Source: Tubiluchus corallicola (taxonomy: Eukaryota; Animalia; Priapulida). From it: DNA of 64,000 bases. The notes under the pieces were generated by a model that searched no databases, was not told where the DNA came from, and was given only the letters and a program-made list of their open reading frames with translations. Positions 1 through 12,439 of this stretch are shown one piece after another (within the stretch, counting starts at the first letter, position 1; every line of letters begins with the position of its first letter). The stretch covers positions 496,001 through 560,000 of the forward strand of contig JAQGDQ010000111.1 in the NCBI GenBank assembly GCA_030141605.1, given 5' to 3'. A program made the translations under genes and the position numbers.

Positions 1-333
<333 letters not shown>

Positions 334-784
334 CAAATTGTTCTGTGATGTTACTCATTGCTTTTCAACCCCCCCCACAAAAGATTAGGTACCACCCGTA
401 TGTAAGATTCTAGTAATTAAATTGTTATTGTTGTGGAAATTCCTCATCCTTTCTGATCCGGTCGTAGATACAATTTAGAAGGAATTTTGCCTGCAACCTT
501 CTGTTATAGCAACCAAACTAGTGCGTACTAAGTTTCTAGATAAAATTCCAGAGGTCGCCCCAGGGCTTGGCTTTGACTCTGCTGCAGTGTTGAACCGCTG
601 CCTAGACTTAATGTCAACTAAAGAGAAACCACTAGCTAGGTAAGTAAGACATATAGGTGGTTACAAGCAAGCAGAAAAAATGAATTAGTAGAAACATGAG
701 TAAAACTCATAAAAATCACAAACTCACAAAACATCACATTAAATAAATGTTGTTGAATCCAAACGAATCTAAAAACTGTCTTAC

Positions 785-1080
785 CTTCCCTAATCAGCTT
801 ATCTCTTTCTTCCAGCAATAGATATTTGTCATTTGCTGTCACGGCAATGGTTTTTAGCATCGACTTAAAACTTCTGCCTCTTGACCCACGCGACGAACTT
901 TTGACTTCTGGCGTGGAGCTTCTGCTCTTGCGAGTAGAGTGACGCGTTGGACTGCGCTTGAATGTCAACTGCGATTCTGAGCGACTTTCTGCTGGACGAG
1001 TTCTGAGCGAAACGGTGTCATGCTCAAAGTCAGAGGAACCACTCATACTACGTAGTCCGCTTCCACGTCTGGATCCATTC
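785..1080 (-). CDS. MCM3AP: GANP/MCM3AP internal coding exon (S/R-rich linker leading into the Sac3/GANP domain)
   Basis: Minus-strand acceptor ttttccggcacAG|G at 1080 and donor GAAG|GTAAG at 785. Translation ends AVTANDKYLLLEERDKLIRE, resembling the recalled human GANP segment [20 protein letters not shown] just before the SAC3_GANP domain. The gene continues beyond the left edge. Confidence 0.85.
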
Positions 1081-1213
1081 CTGTGCCGGAAAATGGTAAA
1101 AAAGCAAACACTTGGGCTATCTGTTAATTATGTTATAATTAAATATTGAATTAGCAATTAAAAATTGGACTAAGAGAGTAACTTTACAGACTAGCTAATA
1201 TTTACTATCTGAG

Positions 1214-1519
1214 CAGTGGCGTAGCTAATAGGGGAGCGCCCGCACATTTCCGAATTCACGCCTTTTCAACAGTGCCAAAACTCATTCATTTTGTTTACGT
1301 TTAAAATTTACATAACACAGATGTTTTCATTATGTTTAGAGATTTAAGAGTTTAGTGTAAAACTTTTCGTATTTTAATTTTAAATACGAAATAACAATTA
1401 TGTGCTTCCTTTAAAACTGTATCTTCCTTGTGTTTTGATTTTAAACAGAAAATTAAAGTGTATAATCAATTTTTGGCACTTCTTTATGTGCTTGCCCCCC
1501 TAACCTGGCTACGCCCCTG
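1214..1519 (+). mobile_element. Non-autonomous DNA transposon (hAT-like MITE)
   Basis: TIRs CAGTGGCGTAGC / GCTACGCCCCTG; imperfect 8-bp TSD TATCTGAG / TGTCTGAA; related reverse copy at about 20273-20510. Confidence 0.75.
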
Positions 1520-2223
1520 TGTCTGAAATGAGTAAAGGCTAAAACCTGCAGGTAAACTAACCAACATTTTTCCAGGAAAATAACTCTTAAACACTGCTCA
1601 CAGGTAATTCTGCCTACTTAGCTGGCAGCAAAAAAGTTGGCATTAAGCAAGTCTGGCATTATGAGAAGGAGCATTAATACCCACATGTCTATGCAATACA
1701 GACAACGTGTTTTGCCAAAAATTTGGGCGATAAGCAAGAATGGCATTATAAAGGAAGAGCATTATAATGAGGTTTGGTTGTAATATTATTTAACAATTTT
1801 AGGAACAATGTAGGACTTCAAAATGCTCGTCAATCAATTAAAACTAATGAGTGGTCAGTAGCCAATAACAAACTTTGTCAATCTATGGATAGGTGACAGA
1901 CACAAAACAGTTTCTAGGCCAGTTTTATCTGCCACACCGCCGTGGACTAAATTTACTTCGTTAATGAATACAATTAAGATACCTCGGCTGGTTCAGTGAC
2001 TCATCTTACAGTACATATTATCATTGCTTTATCTGAATAGTTTCAGATCCACCACACATCTAAAATAAGTAGGTAGTGCCACATAAAGTTGAGCTAACAC
2101 GTAATGTAACACCTAGCACTGTACGAATGCAGACCATGTATGCTATGCTGTTTACATTTTGTAAATTTAAGTTAAATAAATAAAGTTGCTTTAAATTAAT
2201 TTGACTGATCATTACGAGGTGTC

Positions 2224-2700
2224 TTAAAGCACAAGAAAACCCTCCACATGCATAAAGCTTAAAAAATTCGTATCGAAATTTTATACCACTTACATACTAC
2301 ATTTTCGTATGCATGGCTTGCATCGACCATAACGCTGTATAAAATGTGTAAATTTAAACTCCAGCGATGACCGTTAGGCGCAGCCATTTTCATGGTAGCT
2401 CGTTTGAAACAAGTTTAGATAACATTGCGTAAAGTTTGAAAAAATAATCAGAGCACGCATAGCACACATGTTACTAACTAAATAAACTTTAAATTACAGT
2501 AATTGTCAACAAGATTAAAAAGATTACAAATTTTTGGTTAATGAGTGGCGCACCCTGGAGGGTGAGCCAGCGATATTTTACAAATTGGCACAAACATTTC
2601 AAATTATTATTTCTAGTTACACCCGTCTTTCCAGCAGGTAAGCGAAATGCTAAGTAATATAGATTTGCCTGGAAAGTTTTTGGGACATAATTTAACATTG
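2224..2700 (+). mobile_element. Dispersed repeat, TTAA-flanked (Kolobok-like) non-autonomous element, copy 1
   Basis: Starts TTAAAGCACAAGAAAAC; the internal segment TAGATAACATTG..AAAGTTTGAAAA..AATCAGA.CAC.CATAGCA is shared with 14827-15373. Confidence 0.6.
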
Positions 2701-3237
2701 CATCTTCTTCCCCTGATTTACATTTGCGGGAGGTGACGCCGTGTAATGGCACCGTCGGATAAGCATTGCGGGAGATTTTAAATGAAAACAAACAAAAATT
2801 CCTTTTAACACAAACACGATATATGCATTAAAATGATGTAAATAATATAATTTTTTAATGCGATTTTTCTAAAACCTACTTCAGGTAGCCATTTCCTTGT
2901 CCATTAAATAGTTAATTAAAAACACACCTACTGCTGACAATTTCAATTGGGACCAACATAATTATGACACGAAATTAAGAAGGCAATGCTATTGCTCACA
3001 AGCTAACCAGCTGTGGCTTGTACATGCATTTGATGTCACACTGATGAAATTTTAAGAAAACCGAATAAAGCATACTAAGTTCATCTCTTGATTCCCTTTC
3101 ACTGCTCTCATTTCACTGAACTCCTCTAGTGCTGTTCTGTCCTGCCATGGACTTCAGAAACTAATCATAATACATCAAGTACCTTACTCTTTACATATCC
3201 ATGTTTGCTCAAATAGAATAAGTAATGGAAAACGTAC

Positions 3238-5470
3238 CTGTTTTATTGCTCTCCTTCATTCGTTCTTTGCCTTTCTTCTCCGTTTTCGATTTCGCTCGCC
3301 AAAATATACTTATCGGCTGCGTGCCTGGTTTCAAAATCGTTCCGTTCAGTTTGGCACGTTCTGCACTCTCGTGATCGGCAAAATAGATCAGTGCTGACCT
3401 GTTCTGCGGCTGTGGCAGTACCCTCTTTACCATTCCAAACTGACGAAAATGTTTCAGCAAGTAAGGCTTGTTGTTGTACAAATGTGGGACGCTCTTGCAC
3501 ACCAAGGTTGTGGTCTCGCTGACATCGTCCGGAGAAACAAGCTTAATCTTCTCTTTCGACGAATCCGACGATCTCCTTAGAGCTCTGGACAAAGATGCAG
3601 CAGCGGTCGGTTCTAGCTGGCCTCTTCTTGGATGTTTTTGAAATAAAGGGGGTATTTCACTCGGCTTGGGCGCCGCCAGCAGATTTGCCAGAATGGATGG
3701 TTCTTCTGCTTTAGCACTGGCCCCAAAAACACTTGACTGACTAGCTTTTGACTTTTCATTTTCTGCTAATAAAGTTGTCGACACAGACGCGGAGGCAGGT
3801 ATTTTAAATGACGCTTTTGTTATTGAAGGTTTGCTACTTATTTGAAATGCACTCTGAGATTCTTCACCTACTTTTGGAAATAAATTACCCTCCTGGGAAG
3901 CCACTTTTCCACCAAACACAGAACTACTACCTGCAGGCTTCACAGTGCCAAAACTACCTGAAGCCGAAGAGGTTACCGGCGCTCCTCCAAAAACACTTCT
4001 ACTGGGCGACAAAACAGAAGCGCGTTTGAAGCCACTGGGAGGTACTTCAGATTCTCTGTGCTCACTTGTCATTCGCTTGCTATCAACGTTCTGCGCTGAT
4101 GCCATCACTGTCGAATCAGACGGCAGCTTACGTTTTGCTCCATAAGATGAAGCACCAGCAAATAGTGGATGCTTTTTTGTGACTCCAGCATACTCCCTTT
4201 CACCGGTATTTGAAGCAGTTGTTGTTGATACTGTTGTAGAACTATGTCCTGATGGCATCTGCGGGTGACCAAACAAAGTCGTTGGTTTACTCATTCCGAA
4301 CACAGATGGCACTCCTGTAGACAGTTGTGTAGTTTTAACAGATGCAGAGGTCGTAGTCTGTAGCTGGCCAAACAGAGATGCAGGTTTTATTGTACTTTGG
4401 GCAAATCCTGAACCTGTGGTAGTTTGGCCAAAAATGTTAGGTTTAACTGCCGTTGCCTCAGAAACTCCAAAAACTGAAGATGTTGGCTTTCCAAATACAC
4501 TTAATGTTGTGGATTGAACAGGAGGTTGTCCAATTATAGATGCAGAAGATGAATGTTGTCTAAAAGTAGAAGAAGAAGAAGTAGATGAAGATCGGTCATG
4601 TCCAAAAACAGATGACGATGTAGATGGAGTTTGACCAAAACTAGATCCTGATGTCCATGAAGATTGACCATGGATGGGCACAGAGGTAGAATGTATGTGT
4701 CCAAAAATAGATGTAGTGGTAGATGGCACATCTCCAAAAATGGAAGTAGTTAAAGATGGTGTCTGTGCAAAAATAGATGCAGGTGTCGATGGTGTATGTC
4801 CAAAAACAGGTGCAGATGTAGATGGTGTCTGTCCAAAAATGGGTGTAGATGTAGATGGTGTCTGTCCAAAAATGGGTGCAGATGTAGATGGTGTCTGCCC
4901 AAAAATGGGTGCAGATGTAGGTGTGTGTCCAAAAATGGGTGTAGATGTAGATGGTGTCTGTCCAAAAATGGGTGCAGACGTAGATGGTGTCTGTCCAAAA
5001 ATGGGTGCAGATGTAGATGGTGGCTGCCCAAACAGAGGAGTTTGCCCAAACGTAGGTATCGAAGAAGCAGATGGAGTTTGCCCAAAAAATGAAGTGCACG
5101 TAACTGGAGACTGCCCAAATGCGGGTGCAGAAGGAGATGGAGTCTGTCCAAAAATGGATGTTCCTGCTGCTGAGGATTGTGAAAATGCCACATTTGATTG
5201 CATTGCTGCTACATAACCAGGCAAGGAAGCTTGCACTGGTAACACCTTCTGACCAAAACCAAATGTGGGCTGTTGATTCTGATTAAATGGAGAAACAGCA
5301 TGTGATTGCTCTGTAGATAAATGACCAGTCTGCCCAAATGGTGAAGCAGTGCCACCAAGCCAAACAGATGAAGTTGCAGATGCACCAAATGCTCCAGCAC
5401 CTTGTAGACTTTCATATGATGGTGGAGCACCAAATGCAGATGAATTGCCACCTTGTTGATGACCAAACAT
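3238..5470 (-). CDS. MCM3AP: GANP/MCM3AP (TREX-2 scaffold) first coding exon: nucleoporin-like FG-repeat region plus RRM
   Basis: 753-aa ORF with ATG at 5470, acceptor at 5510 and donor CAG|GTACGT at 3238. Many FG motifs; TLVCKSVPHLYNNKPYLLKHFRQFGMVKRV...ALIYFADHESAERAK...ISIFW matches the GANP-type RRM. Confidence 0.9.
4596..5160 (-). repeat. Coding 33-bp minisatellite encoding about 18 FGQTPSTSAPI-type units
   Basis: Plus-strand unit GATGGTGTCTGTCCAAAAATGGGTGCAGATGTA repeated; also visible in the ORF translation. Confidence 0.92.
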
Positions 5471-6355
5471 GGTGATACACCAGCTGCAGTTACATATACT
5501 AGCTGAATATCTGAAAAGTAAATACAGAACCTTTGGTTTCTATTCAGATAAAGTTTGTAAATCACGTACAATGTTAATAGAATTTGTTAATGACACACTC
5601 ATTTATGTGTTGTACAGAGTTTGGTTGTAAAGAGTGGACGGAGCTGCGCAGCATAGTTTTACACCAAAGAAATGATTCAGCAGACAGATGGTTTATCACA
5701 ATCATTCATATTATAAAAGGAAACTGAAAAAGGTAATGACAGTAAAATACCCAAATAAAAGCAATGCTTTTCTAATAATGTGGGATATATCGAATTGGTG
5801 CTGTTGAGTCAAGAGCTTCTTCCACTGAGCACACATGTGCTCTAAGATTTGCAGTTGCATCGCCATAGTGATGAGTAATTACTTAGCTACTATGGCGTAC
5901 TGAGCAGTTTAATGACAGCTATAACCTAAACATCTTAACGTCGATTCTTAGTACAACATAACTGTAATAAATTAAAATTTCCTAGACTCACTTCTGTGTC
6001 TTTACACCATTTTTTATTTTTATTCTGCAAGTGTGGCTTTTCTTGGTACTACTTGACATAATTTATAACTATTACTTACATTTCATTTTCATCAATACAC
6101 GAAATTAAACAGAATCTTCTTGTTTTCAAACGAACCATTTATTTCGAGCAGTAATACATTGAAGATTAGTTTTTTCTTATACCTTAGTTTTTGTGACACC
6201 TTTGCGATTGAGTTTACTGATCCCAAAACACGATTTTACTTGCCCACCATTATCATCCATCTTATTACAATAATTATTCATATCGATTAATATGCATTTG
6301 ATCTTCATAAAAGGCCCATAAAAATATCGTATACATTAATTTCGGTGGTATGGGC

Positions 6356-6358
<3 letters not shown>

Positions 6359-6402
<44 letters not shown>
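6359..6402. repeat. (TA)n microsatellite
   Basis: Directly visible. Confidence 0.95.
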
Positions 6403-6406
<4 letters not shown>

Positions 6407-7679
6407 CTTTAGAAAGAGGAGGAACAGGGCTACACGATGATGTGGGCTACATTTTAGGAAGTCTTCACAGTCAGGAGCTGGGAAGAGTTGGTTGGAGATT
6501 CCATTTCGGGTGATTTTCGCTTGGAAAACTGCTGATGCAAAGCCATTGTTCTGGCGTCATTCCATTTTAGCCTGTCTGTAACTTTATAACTTTAATTCAG
6601 TAAAAGCTGCTGCTGGCTTTGCGTGAGGTAAACACTAGATAGAATGTTTGCGCATTGTTGATTATAAGTGAATTCATACGCAAAATTTTTTGTGGGCCTT
6701 TGCTAGTATTAATATTATTTTTCTAATGATGAACTAATGATGACCTGTTTTACCAAGAGCCAAGCCACCAAAAACTGAATTCTGTAAATGAACAATATAT
6801 AAGGGCAGTGCTTTTATACATGAATACATATTGGTGCCACTACTCCTCATCTAATTTACATAATTATCAGACAGCAAATATAAATATGTATAGTTAGCAG
6901 ACTTGACAACATACGAGCATTCTGGTAGAAAATTCATGTCGCACTTATTATTACTAATTTATCATGATTATTCTGTTACTAGTACCATCATTATCATTGC
7001 ATGGTGACAGTATTAAGCATGCAAATACTAGCTGGTTTCACTGAGTTAATTTGCAAGACTATATCTGAATATTTTCGTTTCAACGAATTAACTTAAGTTC
7101 TTATTACATTCCGATTTGTTTTTTCTTTTATTTTGGTTTAGTTCATATTTTTGTTTCAAATTATAGGTTATTGTAATGTATGGTTTCAGTTTATTTTTGT
7201 TTTTTTAGTTTATTTAATTCATTTTATTTTGCATGGTTAATTGATACTGAAAGTCAGGCAGTATTTCTAATAATTATATTATGTTGCTTTATTTTGCTCA
7301 CCACAAACTTCAAAATATCTGTAAATTGATTAATCTTATTTGCACAAATTTGATTAGTGTCTCCTCAGACAATATTAAACACAACATATAGCAGCACAAA
7401 TAATTAACATAACATAGGGTGGCTGCTCAATGGTCCCTGGTCGTTCACCACCCCGTCTCTATTTTGTTAATATAATTTACTGACTTTAATTTCAACACTC
7501 AGTAACCTACCGAGACAAAAAACTTTCAATTGAATTGAATAATGAAAATTTGGGATCCTAGTAATAAGACTCGCAAATGAAGCTGTAAACGCGAATACTC
7601 TCACAAAAAATTTAATGTTATAAGCTGCTGTATAAAAAATAAACAGTTATCACCGACTTAGTCACTTTAACTCACTTAC

Positions 7680-7800
7680 CGTAATATGTCAAACAGCAAA
7701 CGGAGAATAAAAGGAATCTTTAAACATATTCGATCGAAATTTCAGCTCGGTGTCGTTTCCAAACCATCACGACTCAGTTTAAAGGGCCCGATGGTAACTG
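7680..7800 (-). other. MCM3AP: Probable non-coding first exon / TSS region of MCM3AP
   Basis: Strong minus-strand donor CG|GTAAGTGAG at 7680/7679 in a locally CpG-richer patch, matching the unpaired acceptor at 5510. The upstream boundary is a guess. Confidence 0.5.
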
Positions 7801-8726
7801 CTTTGTTTGAAAGATTGTTTTATAGTCGGCTCGATTCTTTTTATTGTATCATCTTTTGTGACTCCTTATTTGGCTGAACAAGATTATTAACACACAGATA
7901 ATTGTTTAGTTATTAGTTAATAAGAAAAGATATTGGACTTATAATTATAATCATTATAAATTAATTATCATTAATTTAATTATGTTTATCGAAGCTGCTT
8001 TCCATATTTGGTTGATTAGTTGCTAATTATTTTTAACATCACATAGCAAATTTTTATTTACTCCATGCAAGGACAGAGGTAGTTGATTTTTTCTGCCACT
8101 CGAACTTTTCACCATGTATCCAATTTCCCTTTGTATGTTATTATTATTATTTTGATGTAACTTGTTTTTGCATTGACTAATAAATAAATGTTCTATTCTA
8201 TTCTATTTTATTTTATTGTTGCTATTATTTACATGATGCGTCACGACAAAGACTTATGCATTTTCCAAGTAGTTTGTTTGCAGCCTGCTTACAATGTCTA
8301 AGAAATTAGAATATGTCAATCGCACAAGTCACAAAACTGTGTCGCATTTAAATTGACACAGTACATTTCTGAACAGGCATCAGACATAAACAAAAATTAG
8401 ACCACATAAATGGGATTTTGTTGATTAATAAAGAACTATCCGTGCCACATAAGTCTTACCATGACCTATTAGGGGGTCAAAAGTAATGTGGAAAGCAAAA
8501 ATTTTATAATAGCTAAATCTACTCAGCTGGGGTATCAGTCAGAGAATATACTCTAGATGGGTTAATGTTTCAATTTTAAAATCCCTCGCATCTATATCAG
8601 ATTGGCAGTTGTCTTCTTTTCGATACATTCTCTCTACAGTTATCTATTTAACTACTATGTTACTGTATGTAAATATATTATAGGTAAATACTAATCAGAG
8701 TTTAGTATTTAACCATAACTGACAAT

Positions 8727-9042
8727 TAGGGGTGAGCATTCTCCCCCAGAAAGCAAATTCGAATTCAGTTCGAAAAATTTTCGGAAAAGTTTTCGAACCA
8801 CTAGTAAAAAGTTGTTTTACAAAAATCATGATTTTGTTCTGCAGTAAAACCCTTATTAGTTTATTAAAAATTTACACAGAAACTGCAGCTAAATTGCTAA
8901 TTGCCTGCTGTTCAAACTTTTTAATGTTAAAGAAAATACATGACTGAAGTGCTGAATTATTTGAATCTGTAATTTTAGGTTTGAATCGAATTCGAACTAA
9001 AACCTCGTTCAAATCAAATTCAAACGTTCGATGCTCACCTTT
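8727..9042 (+). mobile_element. TTCGAA-rich MITE, copy 1
   Basis: TIRs TAGGGGTGAGCAT / ATGCTCACCTTT with subterminal TTCGAA/GAATTC motifs. Confidence 0.75.
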
Positions 9043-9082
9043 CCTGACCAACTGACCATAGCTCGATCAAGTCATCAATTTC

Positions 9083-9672
9083 TAGTGTACTCGAAGTATT
9101 CAAACGTTTGAATTAGATTTGAATGAATTCTTTTTAGTTCGGATTTGATTCGAACCTAAAACTTTGATTCTAATAATTAAGCACTTCAACCACAATGTTC
9201 TTAATCATTAAAACGTTTGAGACATTTAGCTGTGATTTTGTGCACAATATTTAAACAAATTAAAAGTGGTTTTACTGCAGAACAAAATCTTTTAATATGT
9301 ATGATCTTTGTAACACCAAGTTTTATTGGTGGTTCGAAAACTTGTTCGAAAATCTTATAATCTCAATTCGAATCCGAAATAACGAAGTTCAGTTTGAATT
9401 CGATAGTCACAGATTCGGTTTGATTCGAATCCGTTTTCTGATAGAGAATGCTAAACCCTAATATAGTGGTTTTACTGAAGGACAAAATGAACTACTATGC
9501 ATGATCTTTGTAAGACCACTTTTTACTAGTGGTTCAAAAACTTGTTCGAAAACCTTTCAATCTCAATTGAATTCGATACGAGTTAGAAATACTGAAATTC
9601 GGTTCGATTCGAATTCGAAAGTCACAAGTTGGGTTCGATTCGAATTCGCTTTCTGGTTGAGTATGCTCCCGC
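9083..9672 (-). mobile_element. Same MITE family: one near-full reverse copy (9083-9460) and one partial reverse copy (9465-9672)
   Basis: Reverse-complement similarity to 8727-9042 (GGTTTTACTGCAGAACAAAA, GTGGTTCGAAAACTTGTTCGAAAA, TTCGAAT..G.TTTCTG..AGAATGCT). Confidence 0.7.
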
Positions 9673-9783
9673 CATGACGTCTTCAATTTTCTTTTTAGGT
9701 CATGGAAAAATCCTTGTGTCAGAACGTCAAGTCTTTTTTCAACGAAGGACTTTTGCGTCGCAGTCACAAGTTACATAGTTAAC

Positions 9784-9934
9784 ATGGCTGGTGTTGCCAG
9801 TGGTGTTTTGGAGAAATTGAAGTCATGGATTGCTTGGTCTTGGACGTATTTATGGGCTTTGTGGTTCTTATTAGTAGCATTTCTTATTTACATGCTACGT
9901 GGCCCATTGAAGATTAGTGAAAATATTTCTTCAG
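9784..9934 (+). CDS. ST7: ST7 exon 1a (N-terminal transmembrane segment)
   Basis: MAGVASGVLEKLKSWIAWSWTYLWALWFLLVAFLIYMLRGPLKISENISS; donor CAG|GTAAGA, phase 1. Confidence 0.93.
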
Positions 9935-12439
9935 GTAAGATCAATTTCAATATTTTAAGCATTGCTTGTTCTTATCAATTAGACCAACTTTAGCCCAATT
10001 ATCTATGCCTACTTCCTAGAGACAATGCATTTTCGTGAATTTTCACAAAGTGACTGTGGCACTGTTTGAAAGCCAAGTTTGTTCGTGTGTTGTTATTGAT
10101 ATCTTTTTGCATTTATAGGTAGAATAGCCTAAATACTAATTACTAGCTGATAATTGAGGCCCGATTAAAGGGCCGACTTCATTTTGTTATACTCCAGATT
10201 TTGTTAAGATTATGTCCTCTGATTATAAGCTTCTTCAAAATTCGATCTCCATGAGTAATCATGATTAATTGCATTAAATTTTGAAATGCAAGACAATCTA
10301 ATTGTCTAATGTTTATGTAGCCAGTAATTTACATTGAATTGAAGGTTCACAGAGCCTACCAGATTGACCTATGGCGCTTTCAGAATTTACGTTGGCGGTT
10401 TCGTAGCTCATACTACCTCTGGTTATTTCTTGACACAGGAGGATATGTAATATTCAGTGTTAGCAGGGTCCAAATTCAGTGACGGTCATCCCGAAAATTC
10501 TGTTAAATCTGCCTGAAGACCGACAGAACTCGCTTGCACATTGGTCCCCGTGGTCGGTAAACTTACTATGCTAAGCTTGCTGTTTCTACTACATTTCCTT
10601 ATTAAAGAAACCTTGTATCTTTTTTGAGTCAAAGTACGCAGTTATCTGTGCCCCTTTTGCATAAAATTGTAATGTTTACAGTCTAGTTACAATTAATCTC
10701 ATTGTCTAAGTTGCATTTAAATGCCAAGCCACAAGAAGTTTCTCACACCTTTGTTACTACGAAGCCGCCGCCATGTTATGACATTCTCGATGGCGTATGC
10801 TAGATTAAACTGCTCCACTCACTCGTGCACCGAATGAACTATTAATTTAAAAAAAACAGGAACGAAAACAAATGAAATGCAAGTTTATTTGATTAAAACG
10901 CATGCCATTACTAGTGTTTCAATTTTTTTGCATGAAAATCCTCAAGAAGATTTTCCATCTTTTTTTCTCTTATAAAAGTCCGTGTAATTCTGAATTCATG
11001 TGCGAATAAAAATTATATATATATATATATATATATCACAAGAATGCTGTTAGATACAATTACTTATCTACCACGCGGCATTTGTTTACTGAGAGGCACA
11101 GTAACAGCATAACAGTGGAAAACAAAACCAGTGGTTTGAGAGTTTTTATGAAAATGAGTTGAATGAGATATTTACTGTTATTTACAGATTAGGCAGAAAA
11201 AAACATTAAGTACCTAGGTATGTTATTCCGGTAGAAGGAATAATATTGTCAAATTGCCGTACAACATTGTGTTGTATTCATGTCTACCTTTGGTAAAATT
11301 ACTTATCAGCCATGCAAACATTTAATTAAAATAATATGTGTACTGACAGCACAGCAAGCAAAAAATAAAAACAGTCATTTGGTAGTTTTTATGAAAGTGA
11401 CTTGAACAAGGAGTTTCTTGATAAGTACAGATTAGACTGAAAAACTTATTAAGTAGGTGTATTACGAAAAATATGCAATTTAATGTTGTTAAATCTCTGT
11501 AGTACTCACTGAAATTAGTGTTGTACTCTCTACGCAAGTTTTTGTGGGGGGAAGTGCAGATTGTTTTAGCCGCTTGCTCCCTTTTCCTGTAAAAAAATTG
11601 CTAAATTTGCACACTGTGTGGCCTTTAACCCCATACGTGCCAGTGGCAGAGTCATGTACAAGCATATTTTTTTATTTAAAATGTAGAAAGCAAATAATTG
11701 TTATAACTTTGCTGTTTTGGCGAGAAGGCTACCGTGTTTTTCTATGGCTAACTCTTCCGCCAGGGTTGCCGTCTTCTATGATGCTGACTATCGTCAATTG
11801 GAGGTCAAAAAGCATAGTATTTTCTGTAAATCAGTGTATTAGTAGTGTTGCCATTTATATCATAATCATCAAAATGATCGTTCTTGAAAGAGACTATAGA
11901 TATGATAACTGATAATTACTCCACAATTTAGTAATGCAAAACAAAAAGCTAATGAAAAATCAAAAACATTGTTGCTAACCAGTGGGAAATAAAGCAAACT
12001 TTGATTTCAACTAATTTTAAATATTCCATGATTCAGGTTTAAAAGTTTACAAAACTTTAAAAAAATTGTCCCACCCTCCCTACTGACATCTTTTGGGCTT
12101 ATGAGGAGTGTGATAATCTGTTTGGCCCAAAACGCTGTAAATGTATATATGTCAGAATGGCAAGATTATCACTAGAGCACTGGTGCTAACACACCACAAA
12201 TATTTGAAGAATCAGCACGTTTTATTTGACCTAAGACCTGGCGAACTTCCTTAACGTGAGAATCTAACAATATCAGAACAGATAGACAAACAATCAATTA
12301 GCTATAGACTCAATATTGTTTAACATAGAAAAAACACATTTGAGAAATAATATACAAAGATATACTAGAAATTATAGCTTAGCTACTGTTTTTAATTTTA
12401 CCCGGGATTTTTAAATGTACCACAAAACACCATAAACTG

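Noticed and set aside
4641-5216. Repetitive ORFs in other frames and on the other strand (GVCPKMGADVD; His-rich; WTDTIY; CRCRW repeats)
   Set aside because: Shadows of the 33-bp coding repeat; the FG frame is continuous with the GANP RRM.
5992-6024. Possible 33-nt 5'UTR microexon of MCM3AP with a tiny uORF (ATG GTG TAA)
   Set aside because: Good donor but poor pyrimidine tract; cannot be supported without transcripts.
8760-9650. TTCGAA clusters as heat-shock elements
   Set aside because: Spacing mostly does not fit nGAAnnTTCn; explained as MITE subterminal repeats.
10385-10425. Minus-strand GTAG..CTAC-GAAAC hammerhead-like motif
   Set aside because: No CUGAnGA core and no stem I.
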